Positions 1-9,051 of a stretch of DNA of 58,554 nucleotides are shown here, one piece after another (position 1 is the stretch's first letter; every line of letters begins with the position of its first letter). The stretch is from an uncultured bacterium. Lineage in GTDB: Bacteria; Nitrospirota; Thermodesulfovibrionia; UBA6902. The notes under the pieces were generated by a model. That model made no database searches. It saw nothing but the letters and a program-made list of their open reading frames with translations, and was not told the DNA's origin. Made by a program: the position numbers and the translations under genes. The stretch is taken from NCBI GenBank assembly GCA_965603765.1, contig CBFDEG010000001.1, forward strand, positions 1-58,554, read 5' to 3'.

Positions 1-1
1 G

Positions 2-298
2 GTTGTTGCTCAGGTGATGGTACTGGAGAAAAACGGCAAAGAGAAGTTTTCTGATAAGTCCCCGATAAAGCATAGTGATCTGACAGTGGTATATACCGGT
101 TCCACAACAGGAACCACCTGGAACAACAACCACTGTTCACCGCTTCAGGTCACATGGGATGTTAAGGAAACATGCGATACACTGGATATCGATGACTTCA
201 GCAAATGGTGCGGTCATAACAAATATAACGAAAAACATGCACATGGTGTGAGGGATCTGGTTAAATCAGAGAAACTGTTAAGTAAAATATCTAAGTAA
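2..298 (+). CDS. 3' end of a hypothetical protein whose start lies upstream of the window
   Basis: The frame is open from the window edge, with no in-frame stop between nt 2 and the listed GTG at 14. Stop TAA at 296-298. No family recognised in the visible residues. Confidence 0.4.
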   Translation, partial: VVAQVMVLEKNGKEKFSDKSPIKHSDLTVVYTGSTTGTTWNNNHCSPLQVTWDVKETCDTLDIDDFSKWCGHNKYNEKHAHGVRDLVKSEKLLSKISK

Positions 299-313
299 AG
301 ATTTGAACTGTTC

Positions 314-341
314 GTAGGGGTAATTCATGAATTACCCCTAC
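314..341. repeat. REP-like perfect palindrome GTAGGGGTAATTCATGAATTACCCCTAC between convergent genes
   Basis: 28-nt perfect inverted repeat. A near-identical core (CAGGGGCAATTCATGAATTGCCCCTG) recurs at 7665-7690. It is followed by tandem CGCAACC CGCAACC (348-361) and an AT-rich TAATT tract (368-386). Confidence 0.8.
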
Positions 342-380
342 GCGGTTCGCAACCCGCAACCCGTTGTTCGTAATTAGTAA

Positions 381-1676
381 TTAATTTGTTGTCCCTGCCG
401 CCAGTTTCAGCGCCAGATCCCGTCTTGCCTTGTCTTTCTTGTCATCTATGAATAATATTGAGACCGCACCTATTACAAGCAGAACTGCTGCTGCAATAAG
501 CGGTGCGGTGAATGAGCCTTGTATTGCCTTAAGGGACTGGGAGACCCTGCTCATCACGAATCCTCCGACTCCCCAGGCTGAAAAGAGGATGCCGTAATTT
601 ACCCCGAAGTTCTTCATTCCCCAGAGATCTTTTGAGAATGAGGGGAAGAGCGCGAGGTTTGCGCCGTAGTTAAATCCTATGAGTGTTGCGATCAGGACAA
701 GTAGTATCGGGCTTGCGCTTTCTGACTGTATGATCGGTATTGCCGCTATCATTAAAATGGCCTGCAGGATAAATTCACCGGCAAGTGTCTTCTTTCTCCC
801 GATCTTGTCAGAGAGCATGCCTGCTGCAATGCGTCCGCCCGCGTTTCCTATTGCAAGGATAGCGACTGCCAGGAATGCTGACTCACCCAGGCTTGATTTT
901 GCCATGCCTGCAATGCTCCCTATTATCATGAGACCCGCGCCCGCGCCTACGAAGTACTGGAACCAGAGAAGCCAGAACATCGGCGTTTTTATCATTTCAA
1001 GCGGAGTATGTTCTTTTTGTTCTAATATTGCCCTTGCCACCCCGTTATTTCTTCTGTCCTCGAACTCAAGCTTAAATCCTTCCGGAGGATTGGTCAGGAA
1101 CATGGCCATGATGCTTACTACTATGAGGAACGCAACTCCAAAAAACAGCATGGCGCTCTGAAGTCCCTGTGTATTGAGAAGGTACTGTGCAAGCGGTGCT
1201 ATGTAGACTGATGCCAGACCGAAACCGGACACCACGATGCCGGTTATCTTCCCTGTTTTTGTAGGGGGATACCATTTAAGCGCCGCGGGTGTTGCTGATG
1301 CATAGCCGAAGGCAAGGCCTGCCCCGACCATTATTCCGAATCCGGCTATCCAGCTTACATATGCTGTTGTCTGTGATATCCAGATAAAACCGGCGCCAAC
1401 GAGAACACCGCCGATGGTGGCTGTTATGCGTGGACCGAATACGTCCTGGCATTTCCCGGCGGCTATCATGGTAAAGGCGAAAACCAGACAGCATACAGCG
1501 TATGGATCATTGAGCGAGGCCATGTCCCAGGTAAATGCGCCCGCGCCTCCGGTCTCAATGGACTGACTGATGGCGCTCTTGAAAATGCTCCATGTATACA
1601 GCACTCCAAGAGCAAGGTTTATGGCGGTTCCGGCAGTAACAACAAGTGCACCTTTATTTTTTACAGTTTCATTCAC
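381..1676 (-). CDS. MFS transporter, oxalate/formate antiporter (OFA)-like
   Basis: 431 aa with about 12 hydrophobic segments. The N-terminus TAGTAINLALGVLYTWSIF and the central loop layout are typical of the OFA branch of the major facilitator superfamily. Confidence 0.85.
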   Translation of the reverse strand: MNETVKNKGALVVTAGTAINLALGVLYTWSIFKSAISQSIETGGAGAFTWDMASLNDPYAVCCLVFAFTMIAAGKCQDVFGPRITATIGGVLVGAGFIWISQTTAYVSWIAGFGIMVGAGLAFGYASATPAALKWYPPTKTGKITGIVVSGFGLASVYIAPLAQYLLNTQGLQSAMLFFGVAFLIVVSIMAMFLTNPPEGFKLEFEDRRNNGVARAILEQKEHTPLEMIKTPMFWLLWFQYFVGAGAGLMIIGSIAGMAKSSLGESAFLAVAILAIGNAGGRIAAGMLSDKIGRKKTLAGEFILQAILMIAAIPIIQSESASPILLVLIATLIGFNYGANLALFPSFSKDLWGMKNFGVNYGILFSAWGVGGFVMSRVSQSLKAIQGSFTAPLIAAAVLLVIGAVSILFIDDKKDKARRDLALKLAAGTTN

Positions 1677-1826
1677 TTTATTGACCTCTTATCCTTTGTC
1701 TATAATTCCACTTCGATAAGGAAATGGTAACAGGGTTTTATGAATTGTCAAGGTTCTCTATGACTTATCAGCAAGCCTGGTTTTGCTGCACTTTATAGTT
1801 ATCGGTCAATTATGTCATATTATTAA

Positions 1827-2948
1827 ATGCATACAAACGAGAACGCCAATTTACCTTCAGCTGCTGAACAGTTCAGGAAGGGTGACAGGATCATTGATAT
1901 CAGGGAGTTAGGCAAAGGAAATATCAATGATACATATTTGATGACCTGCGGGATGGGCAGATTTCAGACCAGTCCGAGGGTCGTGCTTCAGCAGCTTAAC
2001 ACTCATGTGTTCAAAAGCCCTGACCTGGTCATGAGAAATATATGCATTGTAACCGAACATATCAGGCATCGCCTGCAGGATATGCCCTGTGATGCAGGAC
2101 GAAGGTGGGAGGTCCCTGCGGTATTGAGGACAAAGGACGGGCAGGACCACTGGGTTTCAGCTGACGGTTCATTCTGGCGGGCCATCAGCTATATTGAGGA
2201 CGTGCGGTCACTTGATATTATCAGGGACATGGAACACGCGAAGGAGGCCGGGTACGCGCTCGGAATGTTCCATGAGCTTCTGAGCGACCTTCCTGTTGAA
2301 GAACTGGCCGATACCATTGAAGGGTTTCATGTTACACCGCGCTACCTTGAACATTATAATGATGTCCGTGCAGAACATACTGCTGCTGACAGTCCGGAAG
2401 TTGAATATTGCAGGAAGTTCATTGAGGACCGCAAGGGTCGGGTCAGTGTCCTGGAAGATGCAAAAAAAGAAGGCAAGATCCTTTTGCGCGCAATTCATGG
2501 TGATCCAAAGATAAATAATATATTGATAGATAAAAGCACTGAACAAGCAGTAAGCATTATTGACCTTGATACTGTAAAGCCCGGGCTTGTGCATTATGAT
2601 ATCGGGGACTGTCTGCGTTCCGGCTGTAATATGTCCGGAGAGGATATAGAGGACTGGAAAAGGGTGAGGTTTGATATTGATATCTGCCGGGCTGTCCTGT
2701 CGGGCTACTGCAGCGCTGCAAAGCGGTCCCTTACAAAAAATGATCTGGAATATATGTATGATGCAATACGTCTGCTTCCCTTTGAACTCGGTATCAGGTT
2801 CTTTACGGACCATCTTGAAGGTAATGTATATTTCAAGGTAAAAAATAAGGGGCATAATCTTTTAAGGGCACTTGTCCAGTTCAGGCTGACAGAGAGCATC
2901 GAGTCGCAGGAAGACAGCATACGGGAAATTATAAAGGGTCTGATGTGA
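1827..2948 (+). CDS. Kinase-fold phosphotransferase (APH/choline-kinase-like, possibly a sugar kinase)
   Basis: Catalytic-loop motif IHGDPKINNILID (HxDxxxxN) and metal-binding IIDLDTV. Glycine-rich N-lobe ELGKGNINDTY. Confidence 0.75.
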   Translation: MHTNENANLPSAAEQFRKGDRIIDIRELGKGNINDTYLMTCGMGRFQTSPRVVLQQLNTHVFKSPDLVMRNICIVTEHIRHRLQDMPCDAGRRWEVPAVLRTKDGQDHWVSADGSFWRAISYIEDVRSLDIIRDMEHAKEAGYALGMFHELLSDLPVEELADTIEGFHVTPRYLEHYNDVRAEHTAADSPEVEYCRKFIEDRKGRVSVLEDAKKEGKILLRAIHGDPKINNILIDKSTEQAVSIIDLDTVKPGLVHYDIGDCLRSGCNMSGEDIEDWKRVRFDIDICRAVLSGYCSAAKRSLTKNDLEYMYDAIRLLPFELGIRFFTDHLEGNVYFKVKNKGHNLLRALVQFRLTESIESQEDSIREIIKGLM

Positions 2949-3481
2949 AGGAACAGGGTTTTTCTTTGAAACCCTTTTCTGATGACGGATGTTCCAGTAT
3001 CAATATCAGCGGTACAGTTTCCATACAGACCGGCAGGCTTTCCATTCAATATGAATTAACAGCGGACATGGCAGAGATCATACTCCCTGTCCGGGCGGAG
3101 AGACCGGCCCGCAGGGACAAGCTCTGGGAAGAGACATGTTTTGAACTGTTCGCTGCGCCCCGCGGTTCAGAACGATACTGGGAGTTCAATCTTTCGCCGT
3201 CAGGACACTGGAATGTTTACCGCTTTGGATCGTACCGGCAGGGTATGCAGGAAGAAGAGAGGTTCAGGGAATTGCCCATCAGGATGGAGTGCCTGAATAA
3301 TATACTGCGTTTATCTCTGGAAGTTGGAACTGAGATCTTTATGCCAAAGCCGTGCTCTCTTGATATCGGAATAACTGCTGTTGTCAGAACAGGAACAGGT
3401 AATAATGCATACTGGGCATTGTCGCATACAGGGACTGAACCTGACTTTCACAAAAGGGACAGCTTTATAATAACACTTTGA
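2945..3481 (+). CDS. DOMON/CBM9-like domain protein (hypothetical)
   Basis: The GTG start overlaps the kinase stop (ATGTGA at 2943-2948). The segment CFELFAAP...YWEFNLSPSGHWNVYRF resembles the carbohydrate-binding family 9/DOMON-like signature. Assignment is from memory only. Confidence 0.5.
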   Translation: MKEQGFSLKPFSDDGCSSINISGTVSIQTGRLSIQYELTADMAEIILPVRAERPARRDKLWEETCFELFAAPRGSERYWEFNLSPSGHWNVYRFGSYRQGMQEEERFRELPIRMECLNNILRLSLEVGTEIFMPKPCSLDIGITAVVRTGTGNNAYWALSHTGTEPDFHKRDSFIITL

Positions 3482-3604
3482 TATTAGTAGTTATTTCCCG
3501 TCAAATGATCAATGTGTAAACCCGGTAATATAGAATTATTAGGAAAACAGGAGTCGTATTTGTTATAATCAAATAATTAATAAATCGATTCGGGGAATAT
3601 TAAA

Positions 3605-3796
3605 ATGGAAAAGAAAACCTGCTGGGATTACTGGGACTGTCCTGAAGAAACAAGAGCAAAATGTCCTGCCTATATAACAAAGTCCGGAAGGGACTGTTTT
3701 GACCTTGCATCGGAATTCTGCCCGCGCAAGAAAAGCGAATTCAAACACTGCTGGGAATGTCCCTGGTATAAAAAAGTAGAAGAAGAAGACAAGTAA
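3605..3796 (+). CDS. Small Cys/Trp-rich protein with a duplicated CW motif (two-CW-like)
   Basis: 63 aa with 8 Cys. CWDYWDCP near the N-terminus and CWECPWY near the C-terminus. ATG is preceded by a purine-rich stretch. Lies 49 nt upstream of the ASKHA gene. Confidence 0.6.
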   Translation: MEKKTCWDYWDCPEETRAKCPAYITKSGRDCFDLASEFCPRKKSEFKHCWECPWYKKVEEEDK

Positions 3797-3844
3797 CCCT
3801 CGGATCTTTTAATCTACTCCCCCTCAACCATCGGATAATGTAAT

Positions 3845-5338
3845 GTGTTAAAATTATTATCTATGGGCCCTATTATCACCCTTAAAAATATAAATATTTC
3901 ACGTTATTCTGAGGATGACAGGCGTGCTGATGACCAGCGGGTCATGGATGCTCTCGGTCCCGGAATGCTTGAGATCCCCCTTCATGTCCTTAAAAAGATA
4001 CATATGCATACAGCTGATGAGCTGTCCTGTGTTATCGCAACTAAAAGACAGGGCAATGTGCTGGTTGATGCCGCGGTTGATGCATCGTATTGCGCAGCGA
4101 TAGACATAGGGACTACAAATCTGGCAGCTGAACTGTATGATAATTATTCCCGTAAGAAGGTTGCCGGGCTTAAACTCGAAAATCCTCAGATAGTGTTCGG
4201 CAGCGATATTCTTACGCGCCTGCACCATGCCATGCTTGATAAGGCGGATGAGGTCAGCCGGCATCTTCTGGAAGGCGTCAATTCCATTTTGAAAATGCTC
4301 TGCGATAAGGCCGGAACATCAATGCAGAACATTCATGCTGTGACGGCTGCCGGCAATACGGTCATGACACATTTTTTTCTCGGGCTTGATGTCAGCACTA
4401 TTCCTGTTGCTCCGTTTACACCGGTAGTAAGAAAACCCGGCTTTATCAATGCAGGTGACATTGGACTTGATATAAACCCCTCTGCTCCTGTTTATGTATT
4501 TCCTAATGCAGGCAGTTATGTCGGGGGGGACATTATTGCAGGAATTATGGCCTCCGGTATGTTCGAGTCCGAGGAGCTGTCTGTCCTTATAGATGTAGGC
4601 ACCAATGCAGAGGTTGTGGTCGGTAATAAGGAATGGCTTCTGGTCGGTGCAGGTGCAGCCGGCCCGGCCCTTGAAGAGGGGATCGCCGGCATCGGCAAAA
4701 GGGCAGAAAGCGGCATTGTATATGATGTTGAGATAACCCGGGGTGAATTTATATGCAGGACATTCAATGATGCTTTGCCTGAAGGCATATGCGGTTCAGG
4801 GATGGTCAGTCTGATATATGAGATGTACTCTGCCGGGATGATCGGCAATGACGGTATGCTCGACCCGGAAAATGAAAATATGAGTGAGATGGACGGGAAC
4901 AGGATATTTACCCTGCCTTGTGCATCTGTTGGAGGACTGGCGATAAAGCAGACGGAGATAGATAACTTCCTCAGGTCAAAGGCCGCCATGTTCACACTGC
5001 TGCTTGTCCTGCTGAGGTCTGTGGGCCTGAAGTTCGGTGATGTAAAGAAGGTGTATGTTGCCGGGGCCCTTGGTAACGGGATAGACGCAAAAAAGGCGGC
5101 GGGTATAGGAATGCTTCCTGCGTGGCCGCCTGATATCATCGTCCCGATAGGCAATGCATCCCTTAAAGGCGCGGGCATGGTTCTGCACAACAGCGCATTG
5201 ACAGACATGGAAGATACTTTAATTGCTGCGATAACATATAAGCATATGCATGATGACCCTGAGTTTATGAAGGAGTTCAGGGGCGCGATATTCCTTCCGC
5301 ATACCAATCCGGAAATGCTGAAAGTGGATATGTTATGA
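3845..5338 (+). CDS. ASKHA-fold ATPase, DUF4445/RACo-like (corrinoid/metallocofactor reductive-activase-like), lacking the N-terminal ferredoxin domain
   Basis: Phosphate-1 AIDIGTTNLAAEL, AAGNTVMTHFFLGLD, phosphate-2 VLIDVGTNAEVVVG and CGSGMVSLI. The start is uncertain (GTG 3845 or ATG 3863). Confidence 0.75.
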   Translation: MLKLLSMGPIITLKNINISRYSEDDRRADDQRVMDALGPGMLEIPLHVLKKIHMHTADELSCVIATKRQGNVLVDAAVDASYCAAIDIGTTNLAAELYDNYSRKKVAGLKLENPQIVFGSDILTRLHHAMLDKADEVSRHLLEGVNSILKMLCDKAGTSMQNIHAVTAAGNTVMTHFFLGLDVSTIPVAPFTPVVRKPGFINAGDIGLDINPSAPVYVFPNAGSYVGGDIIAGIMASGMFESEELSVLIDVGTNAEVVVGNKEWLLVGAGAAGPALEEGIAGIGKRAESGIVYDVEITRGEFICRTFNDALPEGICGSGMVSLIYEMYSAGMIGNDGMLDPENENMSEMDGNRIFTLPCASVGGLAIKQTEIDNFLRSKAAMFTLLLVLLRSVGLKFGDVKKVYVAGALGNGIDAKKAAGIGMLPAWPPDIIVPIGNASLKGAGMVLHNSALTDMEDTLIAAITYKHMHDDPEFMKEFRGAIFLPHTNPEMLKVDML

Positions 5339-5373
5339 AGCGGGACAGTGGTGAGGTTTTTACTTCCTGACTT

Positions 5374-5874
5374 TCACGCTTTCGAACTTTTCACTCTCAA
5401 TTTTGCTTCGATAAAATCCTTGTGTGAGACATAAAGCAGGTCAGCGATCTTGCGGACCATATATTCTTCATACTTGTCCAGTATCCCGTCTGTATAAGCG
5501 ACTTCCCATAAATACTCTATCACCTTAAGCTTCTGGCCGTAGCTGAAGCCTTTGTTCATAAGGGAGGTAAATTCAAAGTAGCCTGTGGACTCCCATATCT
5601 TGTCTTCGGCAAGTTTTAATATATCGTGTACTTCGTCAGATGTAAGGCCGAATTTGGAGCACATGGAGTTCATTACCGTTTGTTTCTCTTCCTCGCTTAT
5701 CTCAGAATCCGCACGCATCATCTCTATCAGAAGCGCGGCTGTAGCAATATAAAGAGAATGCTCTGATACTTCAGTGGAAGCGGCAGAGGACGGGATTATG
5801 TTCTTTTTGAAGAAGTCCTTGATCAAATTTACCATGTTTTTATTTGTCTGACTTTCTTGAAATGCTGCGGGCAA
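5374..5874 (-). CDS. TerB-family (tellurite-resistance TerB/DjlA N-domain-like) protein
   Basis: 166 aa helical protein. ATAALLIEMMRADSEISEEEKQTV and WEVAYTDGILDKYEEYMVRKIADLL are typical of the TerB fold. Confidence 0.7.
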   Translation of the reverse strand: MPAAFQESQTNKNMVNLIKDFFKKNIIPSSAASTEVSEHSLYIATAALLIEMMRADSEISEEEKQTVMNSMCSKFGLTSDEVHDILKLAEDKIWESTGYFEFTSLMNKGFSYGQKLKVIEYLWEVAYTDGILDKYEEYMVRKIADLLYVSHKDFIEAKLRVKSSKA

Positions 5875-5924
5875 TTAATGCCGGGATTATTTTACGGGGG
5901 TGTATTACACACCCCCGCTATATT

Positions 5925-6716
5925 TTAAGAAGCAGTGTTAACTGATGTCTCAATTATATAAGGAACGAGGCCGAATTTTTTTATCAGGTCTTTCTTTAAA
6001 GCCTCAGCTTCCTGACGGTTATTGAGTCCGGGGACTCTGACTTTGTTAAAGTTAGTGCCTTTTTCAATGTAGGCGTATATGAAATGAGACTTAAGCTTTT
6101 CCAGTATCTCTTCAGCATATGCGATATTTTTGTATGCGCCGACCTGCAGCATGAACCGGTTGTCGGTGTCGGAAATGGCCTTCTGCACAGCTGTGTTGTA
6201 GAGTTTATCAGCTGTCTGCGGGTCAATTCCTTTGAGGGTCTTGTACTCTTCAAAGGCAGCCTTCCGGTCATTTACCATTAAATAGGTTGCGCCGAGATTG
6301 TAATGCACTATCACATAATCTGACCTGATTATCCTGGCGGCATTTTTATATGACTCAATAGCTTCCATGTACTGGCCTTCGTTGCTGTATGCGACTCCAA
6401 GTTTGAAATAGACGCTCGGATCATCATGATCTGCGGCGTCCGCTCCTTTTTCGGATTCATCGGAAGCCATGTCTTCAACGGGTTCACCTAATATGATATC
6501 AGGTTCTTCAACTGCTTCTTCGTATACCGGTGCGGCATCAGCCATATCTTCAGCAGGTTCCATCACCTCTGATTCAATGGTTTCTGTTTCTTCTGGTTCA
6601 CTTGGTACTACCAGTTGAGGTTCTGATGTATGGGTCTGCTGTCCGTTCTTGGCTGCTTTACAAGAGAATAATAAAGGCATGGACAAAATCAATACAAATA
6701 ATATTTTTTTTACCAT
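5925..6716 (-). CDS. Lipoprotein with an acidic linker, TPR repeats and a C-terminal SPOR domain
   Basis: Lipobox LLFSC. TPR-like YFKLGVAYSNEGQYMEAIESYKNA. SPOR-like FMLQVGAYKNIAYAEEILEKLK...NKVRVPGLNNRQEAEALKKDL. Confidence 0.75.
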   Translation of the reverse strand: MVKKILFVLILSMPLLFSCKAAKNGQQTHTSEPQLVVPSEPEETETIESEVMEPAEDMADAAPVYEEAVEEPDIILGEPVEDMASDESEKGADAADHDDPSVYFKLGVAYSNEGQYMEAIESYKNAARIIRSDYVIVHYNLGATYLMVNDRKAAFEEYKTLKGIDPQTADKLYNTAVQKAISDTDNRFMLQVGAYKNIAYAEEILEKLKSHFIYAYIEKGTNFNKVRVPGLNNRQEAEALKKDLIKKFGLVPYIIETSVNTAS

Positions 6717-6917
6717 ACGGGCTTCTCCTTTTTTTTTATTTGCAATAGCATACCATAATAATTGAGGTATATGTAAACATTTTAATATGTTACAAGCTAT
6801 ATATTAAAATCTGATCATGTCATAAGTTTTGCTATCTTGAATTATTGTAAATGAAAGAAGTATTATTAAACTCAATGTGATTACTGTATCTAAAAAACCA
6901 AAAGGAGTTACTTTTCT

Positions 6918-7658
6918 ATGAAAATGAAAACAATGCTGTTTACCCTTATATTGACTTTAATCGTGGGTAGTGCTTTTGCTGATTCACTTAAACTGCCGGG
7001 TCTGCATGGATCCGATCAAGAGGCCGGATCAGGTGAGTCTGTTTCTCTTATAGCGGGCAAGGTTGTCGAGACTATGGACAGCGGCGGATATTCTTATGTG
7101 AAACTTGAAAATAACGGCAAAAGTACATGGCTGGCCGTCCCTAAAATGAAAATTACAGTGGGGCAGGAAGCTTCTTTTCTCCCCGGCGCGGTCATGCATG
7201 ACTTTAATAGTAAGACGCTCAATAGAACATTCGATACGATTATCTTTTCGAGCGGCCCTGCCGCAGGCTCTGCCGCAGTGACCGATTACGGCTCTCCGCA
7301 CGGAGGCATGGTTCCTGCTCCTGATGTGGAAATTATAAAGGTCGAAAAGGCATCAGGCACGAATGCATATACAGTTGCTGAGCTTCATGAAAATATGGAC
7401 AAGCTTGATAATAAGAAGATCACCGTCAAGGGGCAGGTTGTAAAGGTCTCCCCGAGTATCATGAAAAAGAACTGGGTGCATATCCAGGACGGAAGCGGCA
7501 GCGCAGCAAAAGGTAATAGTAAGATCATAGTGACTACCCAGGACCTCCCGAGTGTGGGCGATGTTGTGACAGCAAATGGTATTCTTTACAAGGATAAGGA
7601 TTTTGGGTATGGTTATAAGTATTCAGTAATTGTTGAGGAAGGCAGTATCACTAAATAG
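6918..7658 (+). CDS. Secreted hypothetical protein (OB-fold-like C-terminal half)
   Basis: Signal peptide MKMKTMLFTLILTLIVGSAFA. AGGAG Shine-Dalgarno at 6903-6907. GYSYVKLENNGKSTWLAV module. Ends directly at a terminator. Confidence 0.6.
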   Translation: MKMKTMLFTLILTLIVGSAFADSLKLPGLHGSDQEAGSGESVSLIAGKVVETMDSGGYSYVKLENNGKSTWLAVPKMKITVGQEASFLPGAVMHDFNSKTLNRTFDTIIFSSGPAAGSAAVTDYGSPHGGMVPAPDVEIIKVEKASGTNAYTVAELHENMDKLDNKKITVKGQVVKVSPSIMKKNWVHIQDGSGSAAKGNSKIIVTTQDLPSVGDVVTANGILYKDKDFGYGYKYSVIVEEGSITK

Positions 7659-7664
7659 ATCATG

Positions 7665-7696
7665 CAGGGGCAATTCATGAATTGCCCCTGTTTTTT
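7665..7696 (+). terminator. Rho-independent terminator formed by a REP-like palindrome
   Basis: CAGGGGCAATTCATGAATTGCCCCTG followed by TTTTTT, 7 nt after the stop of 6918-7658. It overlaps the 3' end of the convergent yggU-like ORF. Confidence 0.75.
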
Positions 7697-7971
7697 CCCC
7701 TGGCATTAATGTCCGTAACCCCAATAAGCTTTACGGACTTGTTCTTCGATGATTGTCCCGAGATAATTTCCACATCCTTTTTGCGTATCCCGAATTCTTT
7801 TGCAAGGACCTCAGTGAGCTCTTTGTTCGCCTTTCCCTCTACTGGAGGAGATGTGAGCTTTACTTTGAGCGCATCACCGTAAGGGCCGATTATTCCTGAC
7901 TTTGATGAACGAGGTTCGACTTTAATATTAATGATCAGATGTACTTTTGCTTTTTGCGGGTCTTTGCTCAT
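7675..7971 (-). CDS. DUF167/YggU-family protein
   Basis: VKLTSPPVEGKANKEL motif, size 98 aa. The last residues are encoded by the palindrome, so the C-terminus is uncertain. Confidence 0.8.
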   Translation of the reverse strand: MSKDPQKAKVHLIINIKVEPRSSKSGIIGPYGDALKVKLTSPPVEGKANKELTEVLAKEFGIRKKDVEIISGQSSKNKSVKLIGVTDINARGKNRGNS

Positions 7972-8013
7972 CAGTTAATTGTTCCGACTGTTTCAGCCGT
8001 TTGAACGGGCTGT

Positions 8014-8913
8014 TCAAGATAAAACCACATCCATTTTAATAACATTTTTTATAGGTGAATAACTGCCTATCGCAAGCAGTGTTCCGTCAGATGATCGTAT
8101 CCTTATACCGGGGGCATTTTTTATTTCATAGCTGATGCCCATGCTTATACTTAATTTGATGGGGTTGCCGTGTATTATGCCTTTAATGTGTGAACTGTCG
8201 ACTATGAATTCGGGCAGCCAGGACATTGCTTCATCCATTGTGTATATCCCTTTTTCTGCGGGTCCGCCCTGACTGATGTCCTGCAGCTCTTCGAATGTAA
8301 GGCTGTTTGAAATGCTGAAATGTCCGATAGCAGTTCTCTTGAGTTCGGTCATGTGCGCTCCTGTACCCAGTCTGCTGCCGATATCGTGGCATAATGTCCT
8401 GATGTAGGTCCCTTTAGAACATTTTGTCCTGAAGCTGATATACGGGAGGCTGATATCCAGAAGTTCAAGTTCGTATATAGTTATTTCCCTTGATTTCCGT
8501 TCGATCTCAATGCCTTCTCTTGCATACTTGTAAAGGGACCTTCCTTTGTGCTTTAGCGCGGAGAACATCGGTGGGTGCTGAAGGATAGTTCCCTTAAATG
8601 ACATCATCGCGTCTTTTATGGAGTCTTCGCTGACATTGATGTCCTGATTTGTTGAAATAACAGTCCCGGTTGAATCCTGAGTGTCCGTGGCTTCCCCGAG
8701 TTTCATTACAGCCCTGTACTCTTTGTCGAGGTCTGTGGAATATGATGCGAGCCTTGTTGCCTTGTTAATACAGACCAGGAGAAGGCCTGTTGCCATCGGA
8801 TCGAGTGTGCCGGTATGGCCGGCTTTCTTGACGTTCAGTATCTTTTTTACCTTTGAAACAGCCTGCTGTGATGTTATGCCTTCCGGCTTGTTGATGCTAA
8901 CTATTATATCCAT
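8014..8913 (-). CDS. truB: tRNA pseudouridine(55) synthase
   Basis: KPEGITSQQAV...GHTGTLDPMATGLLLVCI carries the catalytic Asp motif. PUA-like C-terminus. Classic position after rbfA. Confidence 0.95.
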   Translation of the reverse strand: MDIIVSINKPEGITSQQAVSKVKKILNVKKAGHTGTLDPMATGLLLVCINKATRLASYSTDLDKEYRAVMKLGEATDTQDSTGTVISTNQDINVSEDSIKDAMMSFKGTILQHPPMFSALKHKGRSLYKYAREGIEIERKSREITIYELELLDISLPYISFRTKCSKGTYIRTLCHDIGSRLGTGAHMTELKRTAIGHFSISNSLTFEELQDISQGGPAEKGIYTMDEAMSWLPEFIVDSSHIKGIIHGNPIKLSISMGISYEIKNAPGIRIRSSDGTLLAIGSYSPIKNVIKMDVVLS

Positions 8914-8960
8914 AAATTAGATGTTGAAATTACAAAAAACAAATCACAAATTTCAAATAA

Positions 8961-9051
8961 ATACCAAAATACAAGCACCAAAGTTAAGAGTCTTTAGTTT
9001 GGGATTTGTTGTTTGAGATTTATTTATTATTTGGTACTTGTGTTTTGGTAT
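8961..9051. repeat. Imperfect 22-nt inverted repeat inside an A/T-rich low-complexity spacer
   Basis: ATACCAAAATACAAGCACCAAA (8961-8982) pairs with TTTGGTACTTGTGTTTTGGTAT (9030-9051) at 20 of 22 positions. The right arm encodes the last residues of the nrnA ORF. Confidence 0.7.
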
